Numbered from the stretch's first letter, positions 21,820-31,986 are shown. The stretch is DNA of 64,000 nucleotides from Nitrospinaceae bacterium (GCA_965223665.1 OZ245011.1:928001-992000), one strand, 5' to 3'. Made by a program: numbers and translations. The notes: generated by a model from the letters alone, not told the origin.

Positions 21820-22638
21820 ATGCTTAAGTCTTTAAACATTGATCAACTCATCACAAATTATTTAATTCCATGGGCCATTAATATAGTTTTGGCATTGGCA
21901 ATCTTTATAGTGGGTCGATGGATTGTCAAACTATTAGTCTCCTTGTGCAGAAAGTTACTTAATAAATCAAAAGTTGACGGTATGCTTGTAGATTTTATTT
22001 CTTCAATTGTCAGAGCAATCCTTTTATTGTTTGTTATTATTGCCTCATTAGATATGTTGGGAGTGGACACAACTTCTTTAATTGCTATGCTTGGAGCTGC
22101 CGGTCTTGCAGTTGGGCTTGCCCTCCAGGGATCCTTACAGAATTTCGCTTCAGGTGTCATGCTGATAATTTTCAGGCCATTTGATACCGGTGATTTTATT
22201 GAAGCTGGAGGAACTACCGGAACGGTTGAAAAAATAAGTATTTTCAGCACCATTCTGTTAACGCCTGACAATCGGGAAATTATTCTTCCTAACGGTGCCA
22301 TTTATGGTGGAACCATTACAAATTATTCTGCACGCGATACCCGGAGAGTGGACATGGTATTTGGAATTGGATATGGAGATGATATTAAAAAGGCTAAAAA
22401 TTTAATTTTAAAAATACTGGAATCGGACGAAAGAATTTTAAAGGATCCTGCTCCAGCTATTGCGGTAGGAGAGTTGGCAGACTCAAGTGTAAATTTCAAT
22501 GTGCGACCCTGGGTCAAAAAAGAGGATTATTGGCCAGTTAAAGGAGATATAACCGAACGAATCAAATTAGAATTTGATCAGGAAGGGATTTCTATTCCAT
22601 TTCCACAAATGGATGTCCATATGGATAACGCCGCATAA
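21820..22638 (+). CDS. mscS: Small-conductance mechanosensitive channel
   Basis: GAAGLAVGLALQGSLQNFASG, RPF..GD, ITNYS..TRRVD, GISIPFPQ. Confidence 0.93.
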   Translation: MLKSLNIDQLITNYLIPWAINIVLALAIFIVGRWIVKLLVSLCRKLLNKSKVDGMLVDFISSIVRAILLLFVIIASLDMLGVDTTSLIAMLGAAGLAVGLALQGSLQNFASGVMLIIFRPFDTGDFIEAGGTTGTVEKISIFSTILLTPDNREIILPNGAIYGGTITNYSARDTRRVDMVFGIGYGDDIKKAKNLILKILESDERILKDPAPAIAVGELADSSVNFNVRPWVKKEDYWPVKGDITERIKLEFDQEGISIPFPQMDVHMDNAA

Positions 22639-22642
22639 TTCT

Positions 22643-22666
22643 GGGGCTCGCAAGAGCCCTTTCTTA
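22643..22666 (+). terminator. Intrinsic terminator after mscS
   Basis: GGGCTC-GCAA-GAGCCC stem with GNRA loop followed by TTTCTT. Confidence 0.65.
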
Positions 22667-22760
22667 AATTTTGAAATTTATCGTTATTCTTTTTCTTTTA
22701 TTTGAAAAACATCCTTTATAATTAATCTTAGTCCTGAATGTTAACCATTAATTCCATTTT

Positions 22761-23516
22761 ATGGCAACATCTTCAAAATCACCAAATGAGCGTAAAGCTT
22801 TAGTTCATCAATTAAAAAATTATTTGATTTTTCTTCGGGAAGCAGGCTATACCCATATACCATTAGAATCAAACCTTAGAATTTTTCCTTTAAGTTTTCC
22901 GGGAAAAGAAAAACCTCCTACTGACAACCTTGTTATGCCGGTCAAAAAAAGTAATAAAACCTTATTAGCTGAAGTTCAAAACGAATTAGGAGAGTGTACT
23001 CGCTGCAAACTATGCGATGGAAGAAAAAATATTGTATTTGGTTCTGGAAACCCGAATGCCAAACTAATGTTTGTAGGGGAAGGCCCTGGTGCAGATGAAG
23101 ATGAACAGGGTTATCCATTTGTCGGTCGAGCTGGGAAAAAATTAACAGAAATTATTGAAAATGGAATGCACCTGAATCGTTCCAAAGATACCTATATATG
23201 CAATATAGTGAAATGTCGCCCACCAAAAAATCGTGATCCTGAACCGGATGAAGTCGAAGCATGCAAACCCTTTTTGATAAAGCAAATTCAGGCCATTCGT
23301 CCAAAAGTTATTGTTGCACTGGGAAAGCCTGCCGCCAGCACATTACTTGGACGTAATGTTCCTATTACAAAAGAAAGAGGAACATGGCACGAATTTGAAG
23401 GAATTAAATTAATGCTTACTTTTCACCCGGCTTATTTACTCCGTTTTTATACATTGGAAAATCGAAAAGCCGTACTTGATGACATGAACAAAGTTTTAGA
23501 CGCACTTAAAAAATGA
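22761..23516 (+). CDS. Uracil-DNA glycosylase family 4 (4Fe-4S)
   Basis: CTRCKLC, VGEGPG..ED, PFVGRAG, NIVKCRPP, TFHPAYLLR. Confidence 0.92.
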   Translation: MATSSKSPNERKALVHQLKNYLIFLREAGYTHIPLESNLRIFPLSFPGKEKPPTDNLVMPVKKSNKTLLAEVQNELGECTRCKLCDGRKNIVFGSGNPNAKLMFVGEGPGADEDEQGYPFVGRAGKKLTEIIENGMHLNRSKDTYICNIVKCRPPKNRDPEPDEVEACKPFLIKQIQAIRPKVIVALGKPAASTLLGRNVPITKERGTWHEFEGIKLMLTFHPAYLLRFYTLENRKAVLDDMNKVLDALKK

Positions 23517-24457
23517 ATAAGTCCCAAGAATCTATAAATCGATTAAAGCAAAATATCGAATCTGTTATTGTTGGAAAATCCGAAGTAATCGAGCAGACAA
23601 TAGTAACTTTAATTGGCCGAGGACATCTATTAATTGAAGATGTACCTGGGGTGGGAAAAAGTTCTTTAGCATTCAGTGTTGCTAAATCATTGGGATTAAA
23701 CTTTAATAGAATTCAATTTACTAATGACATCCTCCCTTCGGACATATTAGGGGTTTCTGTCTATAACCAAAAAGAAAGCTCGTTTCAGTTTAAGGAGGGA
23801 CCTATCTTTTCTAACCTGGTCCTGGCAGATGAAATTAATCGATCTTCCCCCAGGACTCAAAGTGCTTTACTGGAAGCCATGAACGAAAAACAAGTCTCCG
23901 TAGACAACCATACCTACAATTTAGAAGATCCTTTCATGGTTATTGCAACACAAAATCCAATTGAAAGTCATGGAGCCCACCCTCTTCCGGAATCGCAATT
24001 AGATCGTTTCATGATGTATGTCTCAATGGGATACCCTTCTATAGAACATGAAAAGAAATTACTTAGTCCCAACTCATCTACCAAAAACATTCGTGATTTA
24101 GAACCTGTTTTAAACAAGGAAGATGTTCTGCATCTTCAACAACAGGCTGACCAAGTTACAATGGAACCCATACTTATTGATTACATCTTGAATATAATTT
24201 CTGAAACCCGTCAATCTGAATATTTATCTTTGGGAGTCAGTCCACGCGGTGGACTTACCTTACAACAAGCAGCCCGAGCCCTCGCATTAGTCAAAGGAAG
24301 AGACTACTGCATTCCAGACGACATCAAGCAACTTGCTGTGCCAGTGTTGTGTCACAGGGTTATCCCAAAATCTCACCACAGCAACCACAAACGGTCCGTT
24401 GCAGATACTTCTGCAATTATTTTAGAAATTGTCGAAAAATTGGAAATTCCTGTTTAA
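23513..24457 (+). CDS. moxR: MoxR-family AAA+ ATPase
   Basis: GHLLIEDVPGVGKS, RIQFT, LADEINR, ATQNPIE, LPESQLDRF. Confidence 0.92.
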   Translation: MNKSQESINRLKQNIESVIVGKSEVIEQTIVTLIGRGHLLIEDVPGVGKSSLAFSVAKSLGLNFNRIQFTNDILPSDILGVSVYNQKESSFQFKEGPIFSNLVLADEINRSSPRTQSALLEAMNEKQVSVDNHTYNLEDPFMVIATQNPIESHGAHPLPESQLDRFMMYVSMGYPSIEHEKKLLSPNSSTKNIRDLEPVLNKEDVLHLQQQADQVTMEPILIDYILNIISETRQSEYLSLGVSPRGGLTLQQAARALALVKGRDYCIPDDIKQLAVPVLCHRVIPKSHHSNHKRSVADTSAIILEIVEKLEIPV

Positions 24458-24499
24458 ACTAGAACTGTAATATTTAATCAAGAATATTATAGATACCCA

Positions 24500-25456
24500 A
24501 TGGATAATAAATTCGACCACAAAATCATTTTTAATCTCCACCTCAATAAGCGGTCCTTGGAATTAACCCGAGAAGGTGGTGGATTTTTGCTGCTTACTTT
24601 TGCTGTTGGAATGGGAGCAATTAATACTGGAAATAATTTGCTCTATTTAATATTGGCAATGTGTTGTAGCTTTATAGCAGTTTCAGGTATTCTTTCAGAG
24701 TTTTCGCTTAAAAAATTGGAGTTACAAGGATTCATTCCAAAAACTTTTTTTGCAGAAGATAGTGTTCCATTGACTTTAAAAATAACCAATAAAAAAAAGA
24801 AATTCCCGTCTTTTTCAATATTGGCTGAAGTTGTCCCAGAGCAATTCGCCAGAGTGAATGATGTATATTATTTTTCACAAATAGCCCCTGGGGACTCATT
24901 AGAAAGAACTCATCTATTTACTGTCTTTAAAAGAGGCCCTCTAAAATTTAGACATGTAATTATAAAAACTAGTTTTCCTTTTGGTTTTTTTATTAAATCT
25001 AAACCTATTCCGCTATCACTAGAAGCGTTAGTATATCCATCGATTAAGAAAATAAGTTTACCTGCACCCAATGAAATGGTTAATGATGGAGAAGGAGTTA
25101 TAGGTTCCTCTGGAGATGATTTGTACTCAATTAGAGAATTTCAACATGGAGACTCCCTTTCCAGTATTCATTGGAAATCCAGTGCAAGAACCGGACAATT
25201 CAAAGTTAAAGAATTTACTCAAGGCAGTCAGCATAGTTTTTCCCTCCTATTAAATATCTACGACTCCCATCAAAAGATGATTGATGAGGAAAGTTTAGAA
25301 CCCAAGGTCTCCGAAACAGCTTCATTGGCTTACCATTTAATAAAACGTGGAGATGAAGTCCGTTTAAAAACACATGACATAGAAACCAAATACGGAAATA
25401 CCGAATCCCATTTAGATGGAATTTTAGAATACCTTGCAGTCGTTGGTTTAAAATAG
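24500..25456 (+). CDS. DUF58 domain protein
   Basis: AINTGNNLLYL, FPFGFF, IREFQHGD..IHWKSSAR; follows moxR. Confidence 0.85.
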   Translation: MDNKFDHKIIFNLHLNKRSLELTREGGGFLLLTFAVGMGAINTGNNLLYLILAMCCSFIAVSGILSEFSLKKLELQGFIPKTFFAEDSVPLTLKITNKKKKFPSFSILAEVVPEQFARVNDVYYFSQIAPGDSLERTHLFTVFKRGPLKFRHVIIKTSFPFGFFIKSKPIPLSLEALVYPSIKKISLPAPNEMVNDGEGVIGSSGDDLYSIREFQHGDSLSSIHWKSSARTGQFKVKEFTQGSQHSFSLLLNIYDSHQKMIDEESLEPKVSETASLAYHLIKRGDEVRLKTHDIETKYGNTESHLDGILEYLAVVGLK

Positions 25457-25468
25457 TCAACCTAATCT

Positions 25469-26014
25469 ATGAAAACTTCAATGCGTATTGTTGCTGTAAT
25501 TGGTTCAGGAAACGATTCCCATAAAGAATTGTCCGCTCCTCTGGGGCGTGGATTAGCTGAAAAAGGATATAATCTGATTAATGGTGGTGGACACGGGGTA
25601 ATGCAAGCTACATCGGAAGCTTTTTATAATGTTAAAACAAGATTGGGAAAGGTGATAGGGGTTTTACCTTCTCAGAACCCATGTGAATCAGCTAATCAAA
25701 GATCAAACTATAAAAACCCACCGGGTTATCCAAACTCTTTCATTGAACTCTCTATAAAAACGCACTTGCATTTAACAGGTGAATTTGGAAACCAATTAGA
25801 GAGCCGTAATCATATAATTGTATTAACGGCAGATATTATTATAGCTTTGCCCGGGGGCTCGGGAACCCGGTCAGAAATTCAACTTAGCCTGGATTACAAC
25901 AAACCCCTAATTCTACTTACACCTCACGGGGAATGGGACGAGTTTAATGATAAAAATATTACAAAAATAAGAACTGTAGAAGAAACTTTAAATCTGCTTA
26001 CGCAGCAGTTTTAA
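25469..26014 (+). CDS. LOG/SLOG-family Rossmann-fold protein (Moco-carrier-like)
   Basis: NGGGHGVM, SRNHIIVLTAD, ALPGGSGTRSE motif. Confidence 0.75.
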   Translation: MKTSMRIVAVIGSGNDSHKELSAPLGRGLAEKGYNLINGGGHGVMQATSEAFYNVKTRLGKVIGVLPSQNPCESANQRSNYKNPPGYPNSFIELSIKTHLHLTGEFGNQLESRNHIIVLTADIIIALPGGSGTRSEIQLSLDYNKPLILLTPHGEWDEFNDKNITKIRTVEETLNLLTQQF

Positions 26015-26056
26015 ATAACTATTTACCTACTTAAAAAAAGCTTAGCCACTCTGGTT

Positions 26057-26836
26057 TTATCTTTTTAGAACTCTCTTGGAAAAATACTTTTTGGGAATGT
26101 TTACATCGAAATGAATTTCATCAAATTGATAAATAGTTTGGGTATTCTCTTTTAGCATATCTCTAAAAATCATTCGTCTTGGAAATAACCTGCCCTCTAT
26201 TGGAAAATAATCCTTAAATTCTATTTTCTTTAATAACTTGCCACTTTTTGCAAACCGCTCCTCTTTTAAGACAATTTTTTTCTTGGGGTCAGTCCATACT
26301 TTTCGAAATTGATAAGTATATTGCGGCTCTAATGCTGTCAGATCAAGTACCATACTTTGAATACCTTCTATGTTTTCAACTCCAGAAATTTTTGCTGAGT
26401 ATGAAATACTTAATTTTTTATCTTCCAACATATCTTCGTAAGACAAATCACTTCCCATCATGGATTGCCGAAGTAAATGTCCAGCAATCAAAATTTTTCG
26501 ATCAGTTTGGGGAGTATACATCCATAGTTTTCTATCCAGTTTTAACATTTTAGTTCCACGTTCACGGGCAGGAGATTTGTAATAGCTATAAGACTTAACT
26601 ACTCCTTCCATCCAGGTTTCCACTTCCATAGTTCGAACACGGCGTCCATTATCTACGATTAGTTTTCCTTCAATATGCTTTGTGTTTGACCATAAGTTAT
26701 CATCAATTTCTTTTAACAATACTTGGGGATCTATATCTTCGAGTTCATTTGAATAAACAAAGGAAATATTTAAGGAGCTTAAACCTGCAAAAAAAATTAG
26801 AGCCAGCAATAAATTGTAAAAAACCCTTTTCTCCAT
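26057..26836 (-). CDS. LolA-like outer membrane lipoprotein-sorting protein
   Basis: Signal peptide; SPARERGTKML, LWMYTP, QSMMGSDLSYED, GKLLK motifs. Confidence 0.82.
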   Translation of the reverse strand: MEKRVFYNLLLALIFFAGLSSLNISFVYSNELEDIDPQVLLKEIDDNLWSNTKHIEGKLIVDNGRRVRTMEVETWMEGVVKSYSYYKSPARERGTKMLKLDRKLWMYTPQTDRKILIAGHLLRQSMMGSDLSYEDMLEDKKLSISYSAKISGVENIEGIQSMVLDLTALEPQYTYQFRKVWTDPKKKIVLKEERFAKSGKLLKKIEFKDYFPIEGRLFPRRMIFRDMLKENTQTIYQFDEIHFDVNIPKKYFSKRVLKR

Positions 26837-26838
26837 TA

Positions 26839-28140
26839 CTATCCTGCTTCCATTTCGCGAAACAAATTGGCTTCAGACCTTTTAAAAATTGCCAAATTTG
26901 CTATTAAGTTACCAAATACGCTACAGGTAATTCCCGGAATTATTCCAAATAAAAATGCCTTCCAACTCAATCTAGCTCGAACCACATCATTTAACATCAT
27001 TCCCGATTTTTCAAAAAGCGTACCCATGCTAAGCCCAACCTCTTGCAAATAATAAACAATTCCACCACCCAAAAAGCAACCGGTAAGGGTTCCACCTATA
27101 CCTATTAATAATGCCTCACTTGCCATAAAGGTTACTAAACGTTTGTGGGTTTCACCTAAAGCTAATAATAAGCCTACTTCTCCATAGCGGTGAATGCCAT
27201 TTAAAAGTCCTGCGTTCCATAAAACAATGATCATCAAAATTGAGAAAATTCCAACTACAATATTTTTTATTAGTTCAAATTTTCTAGCCAATTCGAACAA
27301 ATTACGTTGGTCTAAAATCGAGAGAATAATTGGGACATCATCTTTTGCCCAACCCTTAGGTGGATTTTTTAAAATGCTTTCCAATTCTGTATCGATTTGA
27401 GCTTTCAAGAAAGCATATTCTTTATATGAGACCTCACCAGGAAGAAATCCCAACCAATCCGTTACTAAATCTTCCATATAAAAAGATTGTTGGGCATCTT
27501 TAATATCTATTATTGCCATTTTTTTATCCATCGCAGCAACACCAAATCGGATAAAACCGGAAACTTTATAATTATCTGTTGCTAATCCTCCATCAAAAGT
27601 TTGTCCCAATAAAGTTAAAGTATCTCCCAATTTCAATTTCAAGCTCTTTGCAAGTTTATATCCAACTAACATTTGATGAGTTTTAGTTGGCAATCTCCCT
27701 TCGGTAATAGAGGACTTTAAATCTAACCGCTCAATTTCTATCGAGTTTTCATCTAATAGATTTAAAGCCATCCCTGTTATTGGGGTTTGATGTAAAGTAT
27801 TTCCCTCGGAATCAGGAACGTCTAAAATAGCAGCCCAACGAATTCTCGGCGTCCATTTCACTCTGGGGTCCGAGTATTTTTCTAGCCAATCTTTAGTTTC
27901 TCTTTGAGCTCCCAAAGCCCTATCCATTGGATTTAAATGCTCTTCATCATAAAAAGGTTTATTAACAAATCGAAGATGACCTGTATCCAAATTGGCAGTT
28001 GTGTTTATCAGCCCCATAAAAACACCTTCCATAAAACCAATTAAATAAATCATCAAGGTCACACCCACCGTAACTACCAAAAATGGAAATAAAGACCTGG
28101 TTTTATCTCTTAGTAATCCTTTTAATATCCAACGAATCAT
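26839..28140 (-). CDS. ABC transporter permease, MacB/LolE/FtsX type
   Basis: TM1, large periplasmic loop, three C-terminal TMs, RYGEVGLLLALG. Confidence 0.85.
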   Translation of the reverse strand: MIRWILKGLLRDKTRSLFPFLVVTVGVTLMIYLIGFMEGVFMGLINTTANLDTGHLRFVNKPFYDEEHLNPMDRALGAQRETKDWLEKYSDPRVKWTPRIRWAAILDVPDSEGNTLHQTPITGMALNLLDENSIEIERLDLKSSITEGRLPTKTHQMLVGYKLAKSLKLKLGDTLTLLGQTFDGGLATDNYKVSGFIRFGVAAMDKKMAIIDIKDAQQSFYMEDLVTDWLGFLPGEVSYKEYAFLKAQIDTELESILKNPPKGWAKDDVPIILSILDQRNLFELARKFELIKNIVVGIFSILMIIVLWNAGLLNGIHRYGEVGLLLALGETHKRLVTFMASEALLIGIGGTLTGCFLGGGIVYYLQEVGLSMGTLFEKSGMMLNDVVRARLSWKAFLFGIIPGITCSVFGNLIANLAIFKRSEANLFREMEAG

Positions 28141-29306
28141 GTGATTCCCTTACCTCTTAAAGCAAGTGTAGGATTGAGCTTAGAAATCTTTTTAACAGGA
28201 ACCCATGAAATCAAAACTATTATTGCAGAGATCACAAAAATCGTGGCTAATACTTCCCAAGCTTTTATCTCTAAAAATATATTTTCTCGCACAGGAATTT
28301 GAGACTCACTTAAATGAGACACATCCAAACCAACACTCTGAAACCACCCCAATATAAAAAAACCAAGGATAAAACCTAATATTATTGCGGCGGTTGCCGC
28401 CAGCACTCCTTCAAAAACAAAAAGCCTCACAATCCGTTGAGGTTTCATTCCCAATGCCATTAAAGTACCAATTTCCTTTTGTCTTTTAAAAATATTTAAA
28501 TACTGTGTATTAAAAACACTTATTCCCGCCAAAAAAATCATGATAAACCAAAGAATCACCGCATAGCGTTTATCCGTGCGAATTATATTTAAAATATCCT
28601 CAGTTAATTCATCGACTGATAAATATTCCAAACCCTCAACAGAACCGAGGAAATTAGCAACACTTACCCAGGTGATCTCTTGAGGACGTCGGGTTAATTG
28701 CCGCAGATGATCCAACCGTAACCACACCACCCCTTCATCAACCCTTGGATTTAACAGTGGAACAACATCCACAATCTCTGCATCCAGAGCATCCACAGCA
28801 CCTAATTTATCCCTCCATTTCAAAACAACAATATCTCCTAAACCGAGCTTTGCCTTATCTGCCATTTTGGATCCTAAAATTATTGGAACCACCCCATCCA
28901 CGCTAACTTTTTTTTCTTTTAATTTAACAAAAGGCAAGTCTAGTAAAGTTTGATCTATATTTATGCCCCGCAACTGTATGGGAAATAATCTTCTGCGAGG
29001 ATAAATTTCACCTTGTAATACTAATACCTCGGCTTTTTCTTTTGGAGAAAGAGACTTCAAAATTTGGGGAATAATTAGAGTGTGATCCTCCCATTCAGTG
29101 GGTGTCAATATATCAAACCCTGGAACTCGATATTGACCTCCCCCAACATCGGTTCGAATCATATTGAGTTGAGCCTGTTTTTGAAATCCATTATATAAAG
29201 AGAGATTAAAAACAATAGCCACCATTGTTAAGGCAATTACAATCACATTCAAAAATGCCCGGGTTCCTTGCCGGTAAAAATTTTTGAAAGCAATGCTTCT
29301 AATCAT
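28137..29306 (-). CDS. ABC transporter permease, MacB/LolE/FtsX type
   Basis: KNFYRQGTR, KRQKEIGTLMALGM, KLNPTLALR; ATGA overlaps with both neighbours. Confidence 0.87.
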   Translation of the reverse strand: MIRSIAFKNFYRQGTRAFLNVIVIALTMVAIVFNLSLYNGFQKQAQLNMIRTDVGGGQYRVPGFDILTPTEWEDHTLIIPQILKSLSPKEKAEVLVLQGEIYPRRRLFPIQLRGINIDQTLLDLPFVKLKEKKVSVDGVVPIILGSKMADKAKLGLGDIVVLKWRDKLGAVDALDAEIVDVVPLLNPRVDEGVVWLRLDHLRQLTRRPQEITWVSVANFLGSVEGLEYLSVDELTEDILNIIRTDKRYAVILWFIMIFLAGISVFNTQYLNIFKRQKEIGTLMALGMKPQRIVRLFVFEGVLAATAAIILGFILGFFILGWFQSVGLDVSHLSESQIPVRENIFLEIKAWEVLATIFVISAIIVLISWVPVKKISKLNPTLALRGKGIT

Positions 29307-30010
29307 CTCAGTTCTCCATTGGGTAATTTTGCCTTATCCCACTTCACGTAACCATCTTCAAGGCGAACTTCTCTACGAATATATTTTGTAACTTTTTCAT
29401 CATGTGTACTGAAAATAAAAGCAGCCCCAAATTTTTGGTTGAGGTCCCTCATTAAATCAAGAATGTGATAAGAGTTTTCAGCATCAAGGTTTGCTGTGGG
29501 TTCGTCCGCCAAAACAATAGAAGGTTTCTTTACTAAAGCTCGTGCAATCGCCACTCTTTGGCATTGTCCCCCAGACAATTCATTAGGTTTTTTATTCGCC
29601 TCCGGAGTCAACCCAACTAAATCAACCAAGGAAAGGACTTGATCCCGAACCTTATTTTCTTGTTCATTATTCAAAAGTAGAGGAAATAAAATATTCTCAT
29701 AAACTGTGTAAACCGGGAGCAAATTATAAGATTGGAAAATAAAACCAATATTAAGCCTGCGCAAATCAGCCAAATCTTCTCGACTCATTAAATTTAAATT
29801 GTCCCCATTAACTTTTATTTCTCCCTGTGTAGGTCTGTCCAAACCCCCAATTAAATTTAATAAAGTAGTTTTTCCGGATCCTGAGGGCCCCACAAAAGAC
29901 ATAAATGCACCTTTTTCAATTTCTAAATCAATCTGGTGCAAAGCCGTGAAGTTTTGTTGGCCCACTTGAAAAACCTTAGATACATTTTTTATTTCTACAA
30001 TTGAAGTCAT
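29303..30010 (-). CDS. ABC transporter ATP-binding protein (LolD-like)
   Basis: GPSGSGKTT, LSGGQCQRVAIARAL, LADEPTANLD, STHD. Confidence 0.93.
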   Translation of the reverse strand: MTSIVEIKNVSKVFQVGQQNFTALHQIDLEIEKGAFMSFVGPSGSGKTTLLNLIGGLDRPTQGEIKVNGDNLNLMSREDLADLRRLNIGFIFQSYNLLPVYTVYENILFPLLLNNEQENKVRDQVLSLVDLVGLTPEANKKPNELSGGQCQRVAIARALVKKPSIVLADEPTANLDAENSYHILDLMRDLNQKFGAAFIFSTHDEKVTKYIRREVRLEDGYVKWDKAKLPNGELR

Positions 30011-30018
30011 TTTAATAA

Positions 30019-31149
30019 TTAATAAAATATGATGACAAATAAGCCCACCCGGGATTCGGTACCGGTAACAACTGGACCCTGACGAAACAACCTACCCGTT
30101 AAATTATTTCCATCGATGCTACCGCCAACTTGAGCTTGCAAATAAAGATAGACCTGTTTCCACACGTTATATTCAATTTGGGGAACAAATTGAAAACTCC
30201 TATCTCCAAAATCATAAAATGTAAATAATCTCCAAACAAGATCAATACCAATGGGTTGATCCAGTTGCAAACCCAATTGCTGAATTGTCTTATCCCTTTT
30301 TATGTCCATAACAGCAAAACCGGATTCTTGGGTCCGCAAAAAATACTCAAAAAGAACGTGCAAACCTTGACCCAAATTAAAAGTGTAATCAATTCCAAAA
30401 ACGGTATCAAAACGGAGCGGATCACCCGGACGATTCAATTGGAAATCTAATCGACTCTCATTCCAAAATCCTACCTCTACTTCACCCTTTAAATGATAGC
30501 CTAATTGTAAAAGTTCTTGGTTAAACCCGGACAAAAACCTTAAATCGTTCACAGGATTGTATTGGATAGCAAACCCAGCATCTAGAATTCCAATTTCTCT
30601 TTCACCCCTTAGGCCGAAAATAAAACGATCACTTAAATCTCCAGGAACTATCCACCCTTCAATAAGCGAAGTAGAGGATAAAAAATAAGTACTTCTCAAC
30701 CCATCCACACCTCGAGTAAGCGGAATGATTCCAGAAATAATTCGTGTATCGAAAAACCCTAATGGGCGGTACAAGGCTCCTGATCCAAACAAAATTTGCT
30801 GCCTACCTACACGAACTTTAAAATCTCCTTTTTCCAAACGGATCCAACCACGAAAAATTTCCGCGTCATATTCCTCAGCTATACCGGTTTGTTCACGGAT
30901 TCCACCTGTGTAAAGTAAATCCAAAATAATTTCGTAATCTAAAACGTAATTATTTTTTTCAAAGAGATTTCCTACCAAACCGCTTCTTATTTCTACTTCT
31001 GAATCTAAGTGTGTAAATCCTTGAGGAGGATCAACCAGGACAAATGATCCCGCACGAAATCGTCCTTCAAAATTCCAATCAAACGCTTTAACCGGATTAG
31101 GAAGCAACAAAAGTAAAATACAAAAAGCGAATCGGGAAATGGTGGTCAT
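30019..31149 (-). CDS. Putative outer-membrane beta-barrel protein
   Basis: Signal peptide (VKA/F), RVGRQQILFGSG, GVDGLR, amphipathic strands, C-terminal aromatic FY. Confidence 0.65.
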   Translation of the reverse strand: MTTISRFAFCILLLLLPNPVKAFDWNFEGRFRAGSFVLVDPPQGFTHLDSEVEIRSGLVGNLFEKNNYVLDYEIILDLLYTGGIREQTGIAEEYDAEIFRGWIRLEKGDFKVRVGRQQILFGSGALYRPLGFFDTRIISGIIPLTRGVDGLRSTYFLSSTSLIEGWIVPGDLSDRFIFGLRGEREIGILDAGFAIQYNPVNDLRFLSGFNQELLQLGYHLKGEVEVGFWNESRLDFQLNRPGDPLRFDTVFGIDYTFNLGQGLHVLFEYFLRTQESGFAVMDIKRDKTIQQLGLQLDQPIGIDLVWRLFTFYDFGDRSFQFVPQIEYNVWKQVYLYLQAQVGGSIDGNNLTGRLFRQGPVVTGTESRVGLFVIIFY

Positions 31150-31177
31150 TGGACCCCAATGTTAGGAAGGGATTGTA

Positions 31178-31217
31178 TTACCGACCCAAGGATTTAAATC
31201 AACACCCGGGTCGGTAA
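31178..31217. other. Intercistronic stem-loop
   Basis: TTACCGACCC ... GGGTCGGTAA 10-bp perfect inverted repeat with no U-tract. Confidence 0.6.
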
Positions 31218-31232
31218 ACATTTAATTCAGGT

Positions 31233-31721
31233 TTATAGCATTTTTTTCAAATAAGGTATCAATTGGTCTGCACCCACTCCAGGTGTTCGAGCCCGAATAA
31301 CTCCCTTTTCATCGATAATAATAACCGTAGGCATATCTCGTTGGATATAGGCTGAGTGAATAGTATGGTCAGGATCCAAAAGATACGGGAAATTTACCTT
31401 ACTGGGAAATCCATTTAAATAATCTTCAACATCCTTTTTAGAATCCCCACTGGTATTGATGCCTACAATTACTAATTTATCGGAAGAGATGGAATTTCTA
31501 ACTTTTTCAAACTCCATAGCTTGATTCATACAGGGTACGCAAATATGAAACATCCCCAATAGAACTACTTTTCCCTTTAAACTCTCAAGTGAAATAGAAT
31601 CACCCTTTATAGAGTTAAGTGAAAAGTTTGGCGCGGAATCTCCCGGTTTGGGAGCCCCAGCAAAAGCAGTTTTTGTGAAAATCAAAACAATTATAATGAT
31701 ACTCAATTGGATTTTTTTCAT
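31233..31721 (-). CDS. Exported TlpA/ResA-like thioredoxin-fold redoxin
   Basis: Signal peptide AFA, PGDSAPNFSL, LKGKVVLL, CVPC, cis-Pro loop MPTVIIIDEKG. Confidence 0.8.
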   Translation of the reverse strand: MKKIQLSIIIIVLIFTKTAFAGAPKPGDSAPNFSLNSIKGDSISLESLKGKVVLLGMFHICVPCMNQAMEFEKVRNSISSDKLVIVGINTSGDSKKDVEDYLNGFPSKVNFPYLLDPDHTIHSAYIQRDMPTVIIIDEKGVIRARTPGVGADQLIPYLKKML

Positions 31722-31735
31722 GGAACCCTCTTTTG

Positions 31736-31763
31736 GGAATAAAACTGTTTTTAAAAGCTCTAT
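31736..31763 (+). promoter_or_regulatory. Putative ECF sigma promoter GGAAT-N17-CTCTAT
   Basis: GGGAATAAAAC...CTCTAT upstream of the cupredoxin/cytochrome operon; matches the motifs at 16498 and 42102. Confidence 0.45.
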
Positions 31764-31986
31764 ATAAACATTTGAATTAATTCTAAATCAGCAAGAAGGT
31801 ATTTTAAAACTAAAATATTGTTTTTTTGAATTAAAAACTTTTAATCAAATATTAACACAGGGTTAATACCAAAATACTATAATTTCATTGAATATCAGTT
31901 CCTGAGCAAACCAGGGCAAATGCCTGAAACACTGAATTTTTAAGGCCGTAAGTCTTTCTTGCACTTGTTAGGGGATTGATATATTA

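Noticed and set aside
21858-22301. 147-aa ORF antisense to mscS, and similar antisense ORFs elsewhere (e.g. 44002-44490)
   Set aside because: Overlap well-supported genes, with no recognisable motifs.
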